From a virus: a stretch of 49,729 nucleotides of DNA. The stretch lies in the IMG/VR virus record IMGVR_UViG_3300032102_000006; one strand, written 5' to 3'. Shown in pieces: positions 1 through 10,037 of the stretch. A program made the position numbers and the translations under genes. How positions within the stretch are numbered: position 1 is the first letter of the stretch; each line of letters starts with the position of its first letter. A model generated the notes under the pieces. The model was not told the origin of the DNA. It was given only the letters and a program-made list of their open reading frames with translations, and did no database searches.

Positions 1-17
1 TTAAAAATATAAACCTG

Positions 18-3000
18 TTGCCGCAAGTGTTTGCAACAGAGCCAAATAAAAAGATGCTAGATGCAACGCTTGATGTTATGTCCAGCAAGGGGCAAATGCT
101 GCCGTTTAGAGAAACACATGGCTTAAGATCTGCAAGTAATAAAGTAGAAGAGTTTTTTGTCGAAGAAGCAGACGAAGTCCGTAGGGAAAGTCAAGCAAAT
201 ACTGCATTGATTTTTCAAGACAGCAACTCTGATTTCTCAGGCAAAGCTAGTTACTTAGACATAGATAATTATTTTAATTTGAAAAACATGCCATTGTTAG
301 ACGGAACTGTGCTGGATAAGAATATTAACGTTTTAGATTTGCCTGTTAACCCTTATAAGATTACCGACTATGGTTTATTTTATTGGCTAGCAGCAGGCTT
401 ACCTGCTTGTAAAATTCACCTCGAGCCAAAAGAAGATAACACATCTAAATTTTCTGTAATTGATGATATTATCGGAAAACCGTATGTAACTATTGTAGAT
501 GATGCAACAGGAAGAAGTTTAGAACTACAAACTGGCATGGTGATTTATTTTACAGGTAAGTTAGACGACACAGATTACTTAACTGTCGATGAAGACAATC
601 CCGTTACGTTTTTTGTTCACGGAGTTGGTGATTATATCGAATTAACCAGAACAACCGCAGTAGACAAAAGAATACCTAACAGCTATTTAAAAAAGCGTCC
701 GTGGGATAAAGATGCAGTATATATAGACCCGCCTGCAATAAAATGGGATAGCGAAGTATGGGACGGTAGTGAATTGATAAGCAGCCAGCCAGAGTATGTC
801 ACGCAAGAACGAGCAAACGTTAATCATAATCCATGGCAAGTAATAGATCGCTGGTATCACATAACAACGATCAGAACAGTTGCACAATTCTTAGGGATCA
901 ATGTTAGTGAAATTGCAAACGCCACTAACAAAGCAAAACGTCCGATTATCACTTTTTACAAAGGTATTAAATTATTCAACTGGCCTAATAATATTCGTGC
1001 AGAAGTTGCAGCGATATTACCTTACAACAAAACAAAATATCAAGGACTAACAACAATAAAAGACTCTGTTAGTTTTAGCTTATCTGACAATGACCTGGTA
1101 GTATTTGAAGACGCGGCAGGAGTGTACCGTGTTAACAACTTGGCAACAGGTGCTACATTTACCTTAGTGTTAACTGCCGCAGAAAAAGACGGTGCATTGA
1201 TTACAGCAGAAAGTGCATTGCAATACCACCGATTGATTTATAAAAATTCTTCATGGCAGTTTGCACAAAACAAAACAGAGCCAAACCAAACTCCTTTGTT
1301 TGATTTTTATAATAGCGATAAAGTTTCTTTAGAAACATTAAACGAATCAAACTTTGCAGGTGCTGCAATATTAGGATTTAAAGAAGGTAACACTTTAGAT
1401 CTTGTATTACAAAAATACATAGAAGTTAGCAGCATTGATTTTGATTTGATAAATGAAGCCAATTCAAGTGCAGTTAGTCCTAACCAATTAAAATTCTACA
1501 CTGAAGTAGATTCTGCATGGGAATATACAGATTCGTTAACAGGTCAAGCAAAGAACATTGTAGGCCCGTATGGATTTGCAATAGGATCTAACGTTTTTAG
1601 TTTTTATCAACAACGTCGAGGACTTGATATAACAAAACAAGTTCAAGACTTGATTTACAAAACAGGCCAAGATGAAATATGGTCAGCACCTATAGAACCC
1701 TTTGCTAGTGCAATGGAAGTGATACATGTATACTATGATCAAACAGACCGCTGGCAATTTTACACAGAGGTGGGTAATTATGGATTGGTTAAATTTTCTA
1801 GTAAAAAGAGTTTTAACACAATCGAGTCATTGTTGCCTTTAATTGCAGGCAAGAAAATACAAATAGTTTGTCATAACCTACCGCAGCCCTTTGTTCTTTA
1901 CAAAACTGAAATCATTGATAACATCACATCTGCAATCTTGTTAGAAGAACCTTATTGCTTTAATAACGCAATAACTGACGGGGTTATAAATCTTGACCTT
2001 ACAGATAGCATTTCATTAGACGGTGGTATCTCTTTCATAGAAAACGAATTAGTAGCCGACGAAAGAGTTTTACAATTTAGTTTTACTTCTTCCGGAGGCA
2101 AGCCTTTATTAAAAACAGCTCTAGTTAAACCAGAATATAAATGGAGGTTTTTACAGAATTTACATTTTAAAGATAAAACTAATCCCATATTCAATGGTTA
2201 TGATTATCTAATAGATGATTATATTTTACCTGACGGCTCTTTTAGTTATTACCAAGCGGTTCGTGCAACACCTTTACTAGTCACTAAAATTGCAGATGGC
2301 AACAAAGTATTAGTAGACGGAGTACTTAATAATCCTGTACAAAAAACAGCGCCACTTAGCTTAACGCTTAATCCGTTAAACCAGGCCCTGACAACGTTAA
2401 ACTATTTTAGTTTATATCAGCATGCAACGAGTATCAAATCAAATGCTACTAATAGTAAAGAGTACGTTGATTTTGAATCATTGCTACAGTCGGCACAATT
2501 ATCTACAGGCACATTTGTTAAACACAGTAGTCCTATTAGTAAGTTATCTGTCTTGGCAACAAGTATGCCGTTTGATTTTACTGAGTTATTAATTAAACAA
2601 GGGAAACACTATGACATTTTCCTTACTAAGTTAAAAACAGAATTAGCAAATGTTATAGACAATAACAATTATGAACAACTTTCTTCGTACGAATTATTAT
2701 CGTTAGTGTTGGAGAAAATATTTGTCAATGATATTAAAAAAGATGGATTTTGGTCTCACAGCAATATGTTGGGCTGGGGAGAAAAGTTAGACAACTATAG
2801 AGAAACCTCATTCGTTGTTGATCTGACTACACAAACTTTTGCTTTGAGCGGAGACTTTGAAACAATTAGTCATCGTGCAGGTAAGGAGTTGTTGACGCAA
2901 ATTACTGCTGACAATAAATTTTTAGTTAGAGGTATTGACTATACTTTTAATTCTTCCGATGATGATTATGTTAGCTTAACGTTTGCAGATGCAGTTATAG

Positions 3001-6000
3001 GGAAAACAGTTAATATCAAGCAGTGGTATAGTAGATTTAAATCTCAAGTACCTGCCAGCTTGGCAAAGTTAGGATTAGTTCCTCCGTATCGTCCTGAAAT
3101 TTATCAAGACAATTCATTTGCTTCTTCAGCTTATTTCTTGATAAGACACGATGGTTCTAAATTATTTTTAGAGCAAGGAGTTGACAGCGACAATTATCCT
3201 AATAATTTAGTAGAAAGATTATTGTATGAATACGAACTAGCAGTCTGGGCTAATTTGTCATATGATGTTAGAAATAACGACTTTAAAGAAATAATAGAAT
3301 CAATACCTGGATATTTCAGAACCAAAGAACGTACATATAAAGAAGCAATACAACCGCATACTGACGAAGCACATTCTTGGTTAGTTGAGAACAATATTTA
3401 CGATATTGCTAACTTTAACTACGATGCTAATGATGGATTTACATGGTTATATCAACTTGGTTCGGGAGACGATGAATCTACTTTAGTAGGATCATGGAGA
3501 CTAATATATAAATTTATATTTGATACAGATAGACCTCATACACATCCATGGGAAATGTTAGGCTATACAGTTAAACCATATTGGTGGGATACTTATTATA
3601 GCTGGACTGATCCTGTCAAACGAACTGCACTTGAGCTTGCATTAAGAACAGGCAAGTTCAGCAACCCTTCACAAGCAAGTCGAGTGAATCCAAAATTTGC
3701 AAGGTGCAATTCAACTGGTATAGATCAGTTTTTCCCAGTAGACACTTTAGGTAATCTGCTGGCACCAAATGATAGTAGCATGTCTTGGTCGAATGTTAAT
3801 GCACTAAACGAAACATGGACATGGGATTTGGGCACATTCGGTCCTTATGAACAAGTATTCGCCAGCACCCAGCGAGGCGTTGCTGCAACAGCTAAAGTCA
3901 TGTTCTTAAATGCTCCAATTTTATACACAAATAGAAATTGGGTACCTGGACAACAAGTTAGAAATTCTTGGGAACAATATATTGACAGAACTTCGGGCAT
4001 TTGGCAACAAGGTGCTATCGAACACGACTATCATCGTTCTGAAGTAGACGGCCAAATAGTGTATACGTCTGGTATTGAAAGTTTATATGCAGAATTTTGT
4101 ATTCTAAATAACAAAGATTTTGTCAGTGAAGTAGTAGACAAATTTAATAATGTTAAAGTTAACAAGGAATTCTTATTACAAGGATTTAGCAATAAAGACA
4201 ACGTTAAAATACAAAGCACTAGCATTAATAGTCAACGTCAGACACTATTCATTCCTGAAGAAAGTTATGCAGTTCGCACAGTTAAACATTATCCACACAA
4301 GGAAGTGTTTTATTCTGCAATGAGAATTGTGTTCGACGGCGACCGTTATTCTGTGTTTGGTTTTTGTAAAGAAAATACAAAATTTAATGTATTCTTACCA
4401 ACAGTTGGCAGCTCTACTATGAGTATTAACGTCGGCGGAACCGTGATAAAACAAAAAGTCAAGTACGATGCTGCTGCAATCTCGTTAGATTACGGAAGCT
4501 CATTTACAAACAGATTTGATTTATTCGACTATATTATCGGTTATGGCAAATACTTAGAATCACTGGGGTTCAAATTTGATGCCCCGGAAGGCGGCGACAT
4601 TAGAAACTGGCAATTAAGTGCAAAGCAATTTATATTCTGGAGCAATGATCAACTTGCACCGGGAAATTACATCGATTTAAATCCTGCTGCCGATTCTATT
4701 GAGTATGCAAACACTTTCGGTCAATTAGAAAACTTAGAAGGCACAAACTTAAATCCAGGATTGTGTGTAGACCGATATAATCGTCCGTTGTTTAGTAAAG
4801 ACTTGTTAGTTAATAGAAACAACGACGGTTTTGTTTCTATCTCAACTAAAGATACTGCAAGAGCTATCTACGGTATTAAGATGACGTTTGCTTCTTATGA
4901 AACAGTTGTGCATTTAGATTCTGTCAGTGTGTTTAATGACATATATTTCCTACCCGAACAAAGTACGTCTAAACGTAGCTTTGTACTTGGTGGTAAGAAA
5001 ACACAAAACTGGACAGGAGAATATTTTGCACCAGGTTATGTATTCGCATCTGGAAACAAAGGATTAATTCCTAACTTAGATACTATGTCAGAACAAGGAA
5101 GAAACTTATTAGATATAGAATCCGTCTTGATAGATCCTACAGTAGCCGACGCAATCAGAGACCAATTTGGTCTAAGCAGAAACGTTGAATTAAAGCAGTT
5201 ATTCCTGCAAGAGTCTAACGAAGTATTGTTTAAAAATGCAATCACTTATACAAAAGGTACAAATCAAGTGTTCTCCGGATTGGAACCGTTAACTCACACA
5301 GACGAATCTAGCACTAGACCGTATGAAGAATATATGGTCCGCCTGGGAGAATTTGGTAATACAAAAAATATCGATTATTTTGAATTCGAATTATTATCGG
5401 AAGATCTAAAGAGAGATTCACAAGTTGCGCAAGTAGTTAAATTTATAGGATCTGCAGAACCGGAAACAGAATCTAAGATATTGTATATTAAAGACAATAG
5501 CCCACGTTGGGTTTATAAGCCTTTAAACAAGCAATTACGCTTCAGCACTTTAGAAAATTCATACAGTTTATTAAAGTCAGGTGGTCCTGTACTCGACGGA
5601 GATTTTAATTTTAAAGTTGATAGGCTCGAAACTCTTCCAACTTTATTTGATGAATTTGCACCTTTGGCGATCATTGAACATTATGATGCAACTGCTAGCT
5701 ATAAAAAGTTTGACCAAGTTCGTTATGACGGTAAGTTGTATTATGCAAGAACTACGGTTAGTCCGAACACCTGGGCAAATAACAATGACAAGTTTACACA
5801 AATAGATGAGCCATTTTTGCCTAACATTTATGTTAATAACTATTACAAAACTAATCCGGATTTAAGTTCTAGCGGTTCTAGTATTTTTACTCCAGGTACT
5901 TGGCAACTGTTGCAAACTATAGATAGAAGCATTGGGGTCGTTGAAACTTGCCCTGGTCCAAACGATACTAGCCGCGCAAGAATATCGACGAACAAACCGC

Positions 6001-8462
6001 ACGGTTTGCAAAAAGGTGATTACGTTGTTATTGTCAACGTTATTAAAGATGCAACTTCGGTAGATGGTTTATGGCAAGTTGTAGAAATAGAAGGCACTGA
6101 CAAATTCTATGTTAATACTAGAATAACTTGTGTCATTGACACAGGCAAAATATTCCCGCTGAAGCCGGTTAGATTTAAAAATAGTGAAGACTTTGCACTT
6201 GCCACAGACGCTCGAGGTTATGCTTGGAAGAAAAAAGTTAATCCTTTTGAAAATGCAGTAGACGGAACAATTGCAGACTATCCGTTGACTACTAGTGGAT
6301 ATTCTAGCATTTATCCTATTGCTATAATTGACGATGGCTTAAATTCTAACAATGCTGAAGCAAGTTTTGACTATGGAAACTTTAAAGTTTATTCCGTCAA
6401 CGGGGGAACAAGTTCGTTAGTTAAAGAAGAAAGTCAGCTAGTTGATGTAAGCGATGTAGAACATTTAGTAATATACGACTATAGTTCAAACAAGACACTT
6501 GCAAGTTTAGAGCTCTTTAATCCAAAGAAATTGCTAATTCCTGAAGTCTTTAAAAACGATATCGATGTTATAGGACGAGTAGATCCTGCACGTTACAATA
6601 GAACATCAGATGAATTTAAGAGTGTATATACTAGTTTAAGTTGGTATGAAGAAATGGTAGGACGCCGTTGGTGGGATACTAGCACTGTTAACTTTGCTGA
6701 TTACGAAACCGGAAGTGATTTATTAAAAGCTAAACATTGGGGAAGCAATTTAAGCACAGCACCTGCAGATGTGTATGAATGGACTAAGAGCCCAGTGCAC
6801 CCAAATCAATGGAAAAAGTTAGTAGAAAATAAAACTGAAGTATTCGGACAAGTTGCAACAGGTGACGCCTACGTAGATCGTTCTTTAAACAAGGACAATT
6901 ACCACTGGGTGGAAGAACAAGATTACACCAATGGCAATGCTTACACAGTTTATTATTTCTGGGTAAAAAACAAAAAGACAATTGCTAAGGAAAGTTCTAA
7001 TAGAATTTATACTACACATCAATTAGCAGCTTATGTGTTAAATCCAAGTGCAGCTGGATTAGCATGGTGGTCGCCGATAGGACACGATTCTATCATGTTA
7101 AAAGGCGTTGATAGATATTTGAATAATTCTAGTACAGTTGTACAGATTAAGAAAAAATCCAAAGGCAATGAAAAACACCAGCAATGGACATTTATTGCAG
7201 AAGGACACGAAACTGAAACTATTCCGGAATGGATACATATCCGCTTTAGAGATAGCATTAGTGCTCATGTTTATTACAGAACTATAGGTAACTATACTTC
7301 GTTCTCAGGCACTGAAATTTATAAGCAAAGCAATATTGTTAAATTTAACGACGAGTTCTATGTATGCAGAATTAACATGTTTGCGCCTGCTGGAACTATG
7401 GATATCTACAGCGAAGATAACTTAAACGGTGCATGGTTTAAACTAACTGATGTTTTTGAACTTCCTGGATCATTAATAGGAACATGGGATGGTTACTTCT
7501 GGGATAACATACCATATGACTACTCTTTAGACAAGTTCTGGTTTTGGAAAACTAAAAACGTTCCTGATCAAATCAACTTACATAGATACAGCCGTTTAGG
7601 CAACGGCATTAGACCGTACTTACAAAGTTGGTTTGCAGACACACTAGAAGCTAGAAGAACGTTTATTAAACAATTAAACGAAACAATGACTCATGTTGAT
7701 ATTTCTAGTGTTGCTAATTGGGGAAACACAAGACTAAACAACACAGAGTTTAAAATTGCAGATGAACAAGTAGACATAACACAATACTGGTCTTATGTTG
7801 ATTTCAGTGCAGAAACTTTTGACTCTACGAAAGCTATATCATTAGTTCTTGATTCTGAGTCAGACATCTACACAGTGTCTACAGCATCAGGCGATTATGT
7901 TAAAGTGAACACAGGTATTCGCGATTATGTAATTTACGAAAAGAATTCGGATCAAAGCTTCTCAGTTGTTTACAGAACTAACGGTGCAATCGAATTTGAT
8001 GCAATCTTATATGATCCAGTTGGATTAAGTTCGTGGGACACAGTTGGTAATGATGTATATCCTTGGGACTTTGATTTGAATGCAGTGTTTAACGCAATAG
8101 TTGATGCATTGAGGTATGAAATACTAATTGGCAACTATGTCAAGTACTATTCTACTTTAATTTGTGTCATGTTTAGATATGTTCTTGCAGAACAAGTTAA
8201 CGTTGATTGGCTAACAAAATCTAGTACAATCGAACCTGTAAACTTAATCGGACAAAGCCTAACTAACGATGATACGTTAAAGCGTGACAAAATTTCTGTA
8301 TTAACTAATTTCTACTCAAGCGTTAAATCTTACAGAGATAAGATACGCGGAGGGTCTGTTAGCAAGACAGTTAGCGAAGATGTTGTTTTAGAAACAACAG
8401 AAACACTAAAAATAACAGAATTTGAAGCAGGCATTGAAGTAGATTCTTATTTTAGAATTTAA
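18..8462 (+). CDS. Very large virion structural protein (baseplate/tail-associated), probably 5'-truncated by the window edge
   Basis: 2814-aa ORF. The frame is open from base 3 (KNINLLPQVF), so the TTG at 18 is probably not the true start. No enzyme motifs; it heads a run of structural-type genes. It has WD/YD micro-motifs and short aromatic modules. Confidence 0.7.
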   Translation: MPQVFATEPNKKMLDATLDVMSSKGQMLPFRETHGLRSASNKVEEFFVEEADEVRRESQANTALIFQDSNSDFSGKASYLDIDNYFNLKNMPLLDGTVLDKNINVLDLPVNPYKITDYGLFYWLAAGLPACKIHLEPKEDNTSKFSVIDDIIGKPYVTIVDDATGRSLELQTGMVIYFTGKLDDTDYLTVDEDNPVTFFVHGVGDYIELTRTTAVDKRIPNSYLKKRPWDKDAVYIDPPAIKWDSEVWDGSELISSQPEYVTQERANVNHNPWQVIDRWYHITTIRTVAQFLGINVSEIANATNKAKRPIITFYKGIKLFNWPNNIRAEVAAILPYNKTKYQGLTTIKDSVSFSLSDNDLVVFEDAAGVYRVNNLATGATFTLVLTAAEKDGALITAESALQYHRLIYKNSSWQFAQNKTEPNQTPLFDFYNSDKVSLETLNESNFAGAAILGFKEGNTLDLVLQKYIEVSSIDFDLINEANSSAVSPNQLKFYTEVDSAWEYTDSLTGQAKNIVGPYGFAIGSNVFSFYQQRRGLDITKQVQDLIYKTGQDEIWSAPIEPFASAMEVIHVYYDQTDRWQFYTEVGNYGLVKFSSKKSFNTIESLLPLIAGKKIQIVCHNLPQPFVLYKTEIIDNITSAILLEEPYCFNNAITDGVINLDLTDSISLDGGISFIENELVADERVLQFSFTSSGGKPLLKTALVKPEYKWRFLQNLHFKDKTNPIFNGYDYLIDDYILPDGSFSYYQAVRATPLLVTKIADGNKVLVDGVLNNPVQKTAPLSLTLNPLNQALTTLNYFSLYQHATSIKSNATNSKEYVDFESLLQSAQLSTGTFVKHSSPISKLSVLATSMPFDFTELLIKQGKHYDIFLTKLKTELANVIDNNNYEQLSSYELLSLVLEKIFVNDIKKDGFWSHSNMLGWGEKLDNYRETSFVVDLTTQTFALSGDFETISHRAGKELLTQITADNKFLVRGIDYTFNSSDDDYVSLTFADAVIGKTVNIKQWYSRFKSQVPASLAKLGLVPPYRPEIYQDNSFASSAYFLIRHDGSKLFLEQGVDSDNYPNNLVERLLYEYELAVWANLSYDVRNNDFKEIIESIPGYFRTKERTYKEAIQPHTDEAHSWLVENNIYDIANFNYDANDGFTWLYQLGSGDDESTLVGSWRLIYKFIFDTDRPHTHPWEMLGYTVKPYWWDTYYSWTDPVKRTALELALRTGKFSNPSQASRVNPKFARCNSTGIDQFFPVDTLGNLLAPNDSSMSWSNVNALNETWTWDLGTFGPYEQVFASTQRGVAATAKVMFLNAPILYTNRNWVPGQQVRNSWEQYIDRTSGIWQQGAIEHDYHRSEVDGQIVYTSGIESLYAEFCILNNKDFVSEVVDKFNNVKVNKEFLLQGFSNKDNVKIQSTSINSQRQTLFIPEESYAVRTVKHYPHKEVFYSAMRIVFDGDRYSVFGFCKENTKFNVFLPTVGSSTMSINVGGTVIKQKVKYDAAAISLDYGSSFTNRFDLFDYIIGYGKYLESLGFKFDAPEGGDIRNWQLSAKQFIFWSNDQLAPGNYIDLNPAADSIEYANTFGQLENLEGTNLNPGLCVDRYNRPLFSKDLLVNRNNDGFVSISTKDTARAIYGIKMTFASYETVVHLDSVSVFNDIYFLPEQSTSKRSFVLGGKKTQNWTGEYFAPGYVFASGNKGLIPNLDTMSEQGRNLLDIESVLIDPTVADAIRDQFGLSRNVELKQLFLQESNEVLFKNAITYTKGTNQVFSGLEPLTHTDESSTRPYEEYMVRLGEFGNTKNIDYFEFELLSEDLKRDSQVAQVVKFIGSAEPETESKILYIKDNSPRWVYKPLNKQLRFSTLENSYSLLKSGGPVLDGDFNFKVDRLETLPTLFDEFAPLAIIEHYDATASYKKFDQVRYDGKLYYARTTVSPNTWANNNDKFTQIDEPFLPNIYVNNYYKTNPDLSSSGSSIFTPGTWQLLQTIDRSIGVVETCPGPNDTSRARISTNKPHGLQKGDYVVIVNVIKDATSVDGLWQVVEIEGTDKFYVNTRITCVIDTGKIFPLKPVRFKNSEDFALATDARGYAWKKKVNPFENAVDGTIADYPLTTSGYSSIYPIAIIDDGLNSNNAEASFDYGNFKVYSVNGGTSSLVKEESQLVDVSDVEHLVIYDYSSNKTLASLELFNPKKLLIPEVFKNDIDVIGRVDPARYNRTSDEFKSVYTSLSWYEEMVGRRWWDTSTVNFADYETGSDLLKAKHWGSNLSTAPADVYEWTKSPVHPNQWKKLVENKTEVFGQVATGDAYVDRSLNKDNYHWVEEQDYTNGNAYTVYYFWVKNKKTIAKESSNRIYTTHQLAAYVLNPSAAGLAWWSPIGHDSIMLKGVDRYLNNSSTVVQIKKKSKGNEKHQQWTFIAEGHETETIPEWIHIRFRDSISAHVYYRTIGNYTSFSGTEIYKQSNIVKFNDEFYVCRINMFAPAGTMDIYSEDNLNGAWFKLTDVFELPGSLIGTWDGYFWDNIPYDYSLDKFWFWKTKNVPDQINLHRYSRLGNGIRPYLQSWFADTLEARRTFIKQLNETMTHVDISSVANWGNTRLNNTEFKIADEQVDITQYWSYVDFSAETFDSTKAISLVLDSESDIYTVSTASGDYVKVNTGIRDYVIYEKNSDQSFSVVYRTNGAIEFDAILYDPVGLSSWDTVGNDVYPWDFDLNAVFNAIVDALRYEILIGNYVKYYSTLICVMFRYVLAEQVNVDWLTKSSTIEPVNLIGQSLTNDDTLKRDKISVLTNFYSSVKSYRDKIRGGSVSKTVSEDVVLETTETLKITEFEAGIEVDSYFRI

Positions 8463-8489
8463 ATACCTAGTTAAATAAAATGTTAAATA
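8460..8489 (+). promoter_or_regulatory. Three TAAATA late-promoter-like boxes
   Basis: TAAATA at 8460, 8472 and 8484 (12-nt period), followed by an AAGGA SD and ATG at 8508. Resembles the core of the T4 late promoter TATAAATA. Confidence 0.55.
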
Positions 8490-8507
8490 TAATAAACAAG
8501 GAACAAT

Positions 8508-9080
8508 ATGCTTACGCCAGTTAAAGTTACAATACAGGGATTAATTAAGATAACAGACTTAGAAACAGGTGCAGTATTACGGGAAACTGAAAATGCTGCT
8601 AACCCTGAAGCTATGAGCTTGATACTTGCAACAATGCTACAAGGAAACAATAGTCAATATGTATACGAATTGCATTTGGGCAACGGCGGAACGGTTATTG
8701 ACGAAACTGGTAATATTACCTACAAAGATGTAACAGAAAACTTATCATTAGGAACAGTTGCAGATCTGTATAATCCCGTGTTTTATCGAGTAGTAGACAC
8801 TTTAGACGAAATTAATAATCCGGACTTTACAAGCAATTATGTAGCAGTGAACCATTTGGATGGTTTGCCCTATACTGACCTTGTATTGGTTTGCACGCTA
8901 GACGAAGAAGATCCTGCGGATTTTTTAGGAGAGCTAATTTTTAATGAAATTGGCATTAAGAGCAAGGGCAGCTCTGGGTTAAATTCCGGATTCCTGCTAA
9001 CTCATGCAACTTTCGAACCCGTTGTTAAGAATACAAACAGGGCTATACAAATAGAGTACACTTTACGCATACGTTCGTAA
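8508..9080 (+). CDS. Putative virion structural protein
   Basis: 190 aa with SD. The FNEIG...LLTHATFEPVVKNTNRAIQIEYTLRI ending resembles tail/baseplate proteins of large myophages; structural context. Confidence 0.6.
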   Translation: MLTPVKVTIQGLIKITDLETGAVLRETENAANPEAMSLILATMLQGNNSQYVYELHLGNGGTVIDETGNITYKDVTENLSLGTVADLYNPVFYRVVDTLDEINNPDFTSNYVAVNHLDGLPYTDLVLVCTLDEEDPADFLGELIFNEIGIKSKGSSGLNSGFLLTHATFEPVVKNTNRAIQIEYTLRIRS

Positions 9081-9085
9081 TTTGA

Positions 9086-9091
9086 TAAATA
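9086..9091 (+). promoter_or_regulatory. TAAATA late-promoter-like box
   Basis: Intergenic TAAATA upstream of an AAGGA SD and ATG 9117. Confidence 0.5.
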
Positions 9092-9116
9092 ATTCTAGTA
9101 AAGGAATTTTAATGCA

Positions 9117-10037
9117 ATGGCATATGATGTAACTAAAACAGACGGTTCTCGATTAACAATCGTCGCAGACAGAACAGTAGACGTAACTACTCCTATTAAG
9201 TTAGTTGGTAAAAATTACGCTGGCTACGGTGAAATTATGGCAGAGAACCTAGTTCACATAATCGAACATTTCAGTAATCCTACCGCACCTGTTAACCCGG
9301 TTATCGGACAACACTGGTGGAACAGCTCAGAGCAAGTACTTTATGTTTACCATTCTACAGGTTGGAGCCCGATTGGCGGCAAGGACTTACTAGGTGGCTT
9401 GCAAACAGGCTTTAAAATCGGCGTAATTCATGATAACGCTGGCAACAGTCACCCTGCTATGCAAATTTTAGTAGGCGGAGATATTGTTGCAATTATGAGC
9501 AGCGAAGCTGGTAGTTATACGCCAGGCGGAGTAGATGCAGGGTTAGTAGATAGATTTCCTTTAATCGGACAAGGTATTAATATGAACGATGGCTCTAGTT
9601 CGGGAGCTGACTATGGAAACTTTAAAATTCGTGGCCGGGCAATGGAAGCAGAATTTGCCGACATGGCTGAAATTTATCGCAGCGACACAGAATTACTTCC
9701 TGGTAATTTAGTTATACTAGGCGGCGAAAAAGAAATTACAAAAACAAATAAAGAATTTGATGACCAAATCTTTGGTATCATTTCTACTGCACCTGGCTTC
9801 TTACTAAATGCAAAAGAAAAACTAAAAGATTTTGCCTACCCTGTTGCACTAAAAGGTCGAGTTCCTTGCCTAGTTACAGGAACAGTCCGCAAAGGACAAC
9901 GTATTGTTGCAAGTGACATTGCAGGGGTTGGCATGGCAACAGACACATTTGATGCCGCAGCTATTATTGGTCGTGCAATTGGTTATAAAGAAACAGATGG
10001 CGTAGGGCTAGTTGAAGTAGCAGTTGGAGTAAGATAA
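9117..10037 (+). CDS. Virion/tail-fibre-like protein with C-terminal intramolecular-chaperone (peptidase G2-like) domain
   Basis: N-terminal LVGKNYAGYGE..AENL..IIEHFSN.TAP.NP..GQ.WW module. The C-terminal ADMAEIY...GIISTAPGF...PVALKGRVP is typical of autocleaving chaperone domains. Confidence 0.65.
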   Translation: MAYDVTKTDGSRLTIVADRTVDVTTPIKLVGKNYAGYGEIMAENLVHIIEHFSNPTAPVNPVIGQHWWNSSEQVLYVYHSTGWSPIGGKDLLGGLQTGFKIGVIHDNAGNSHPAMQILVGGDIVAIMSSEAGSYTPGGVDAGLVDRFPLIGQGINMNDGSSSGADYGNFKIRGRAMEAEFADMAEIYRSDTELLPGNLVILGGEKEITKTNKEFDDQIFGIISTAPGFLLNAKEKLKDFAYPVALKGRVPCLVTGTVRKGQRIVASDIAGVGMATDTFDAAAIIGRAIGYKETDGVGLVEVAVGVR

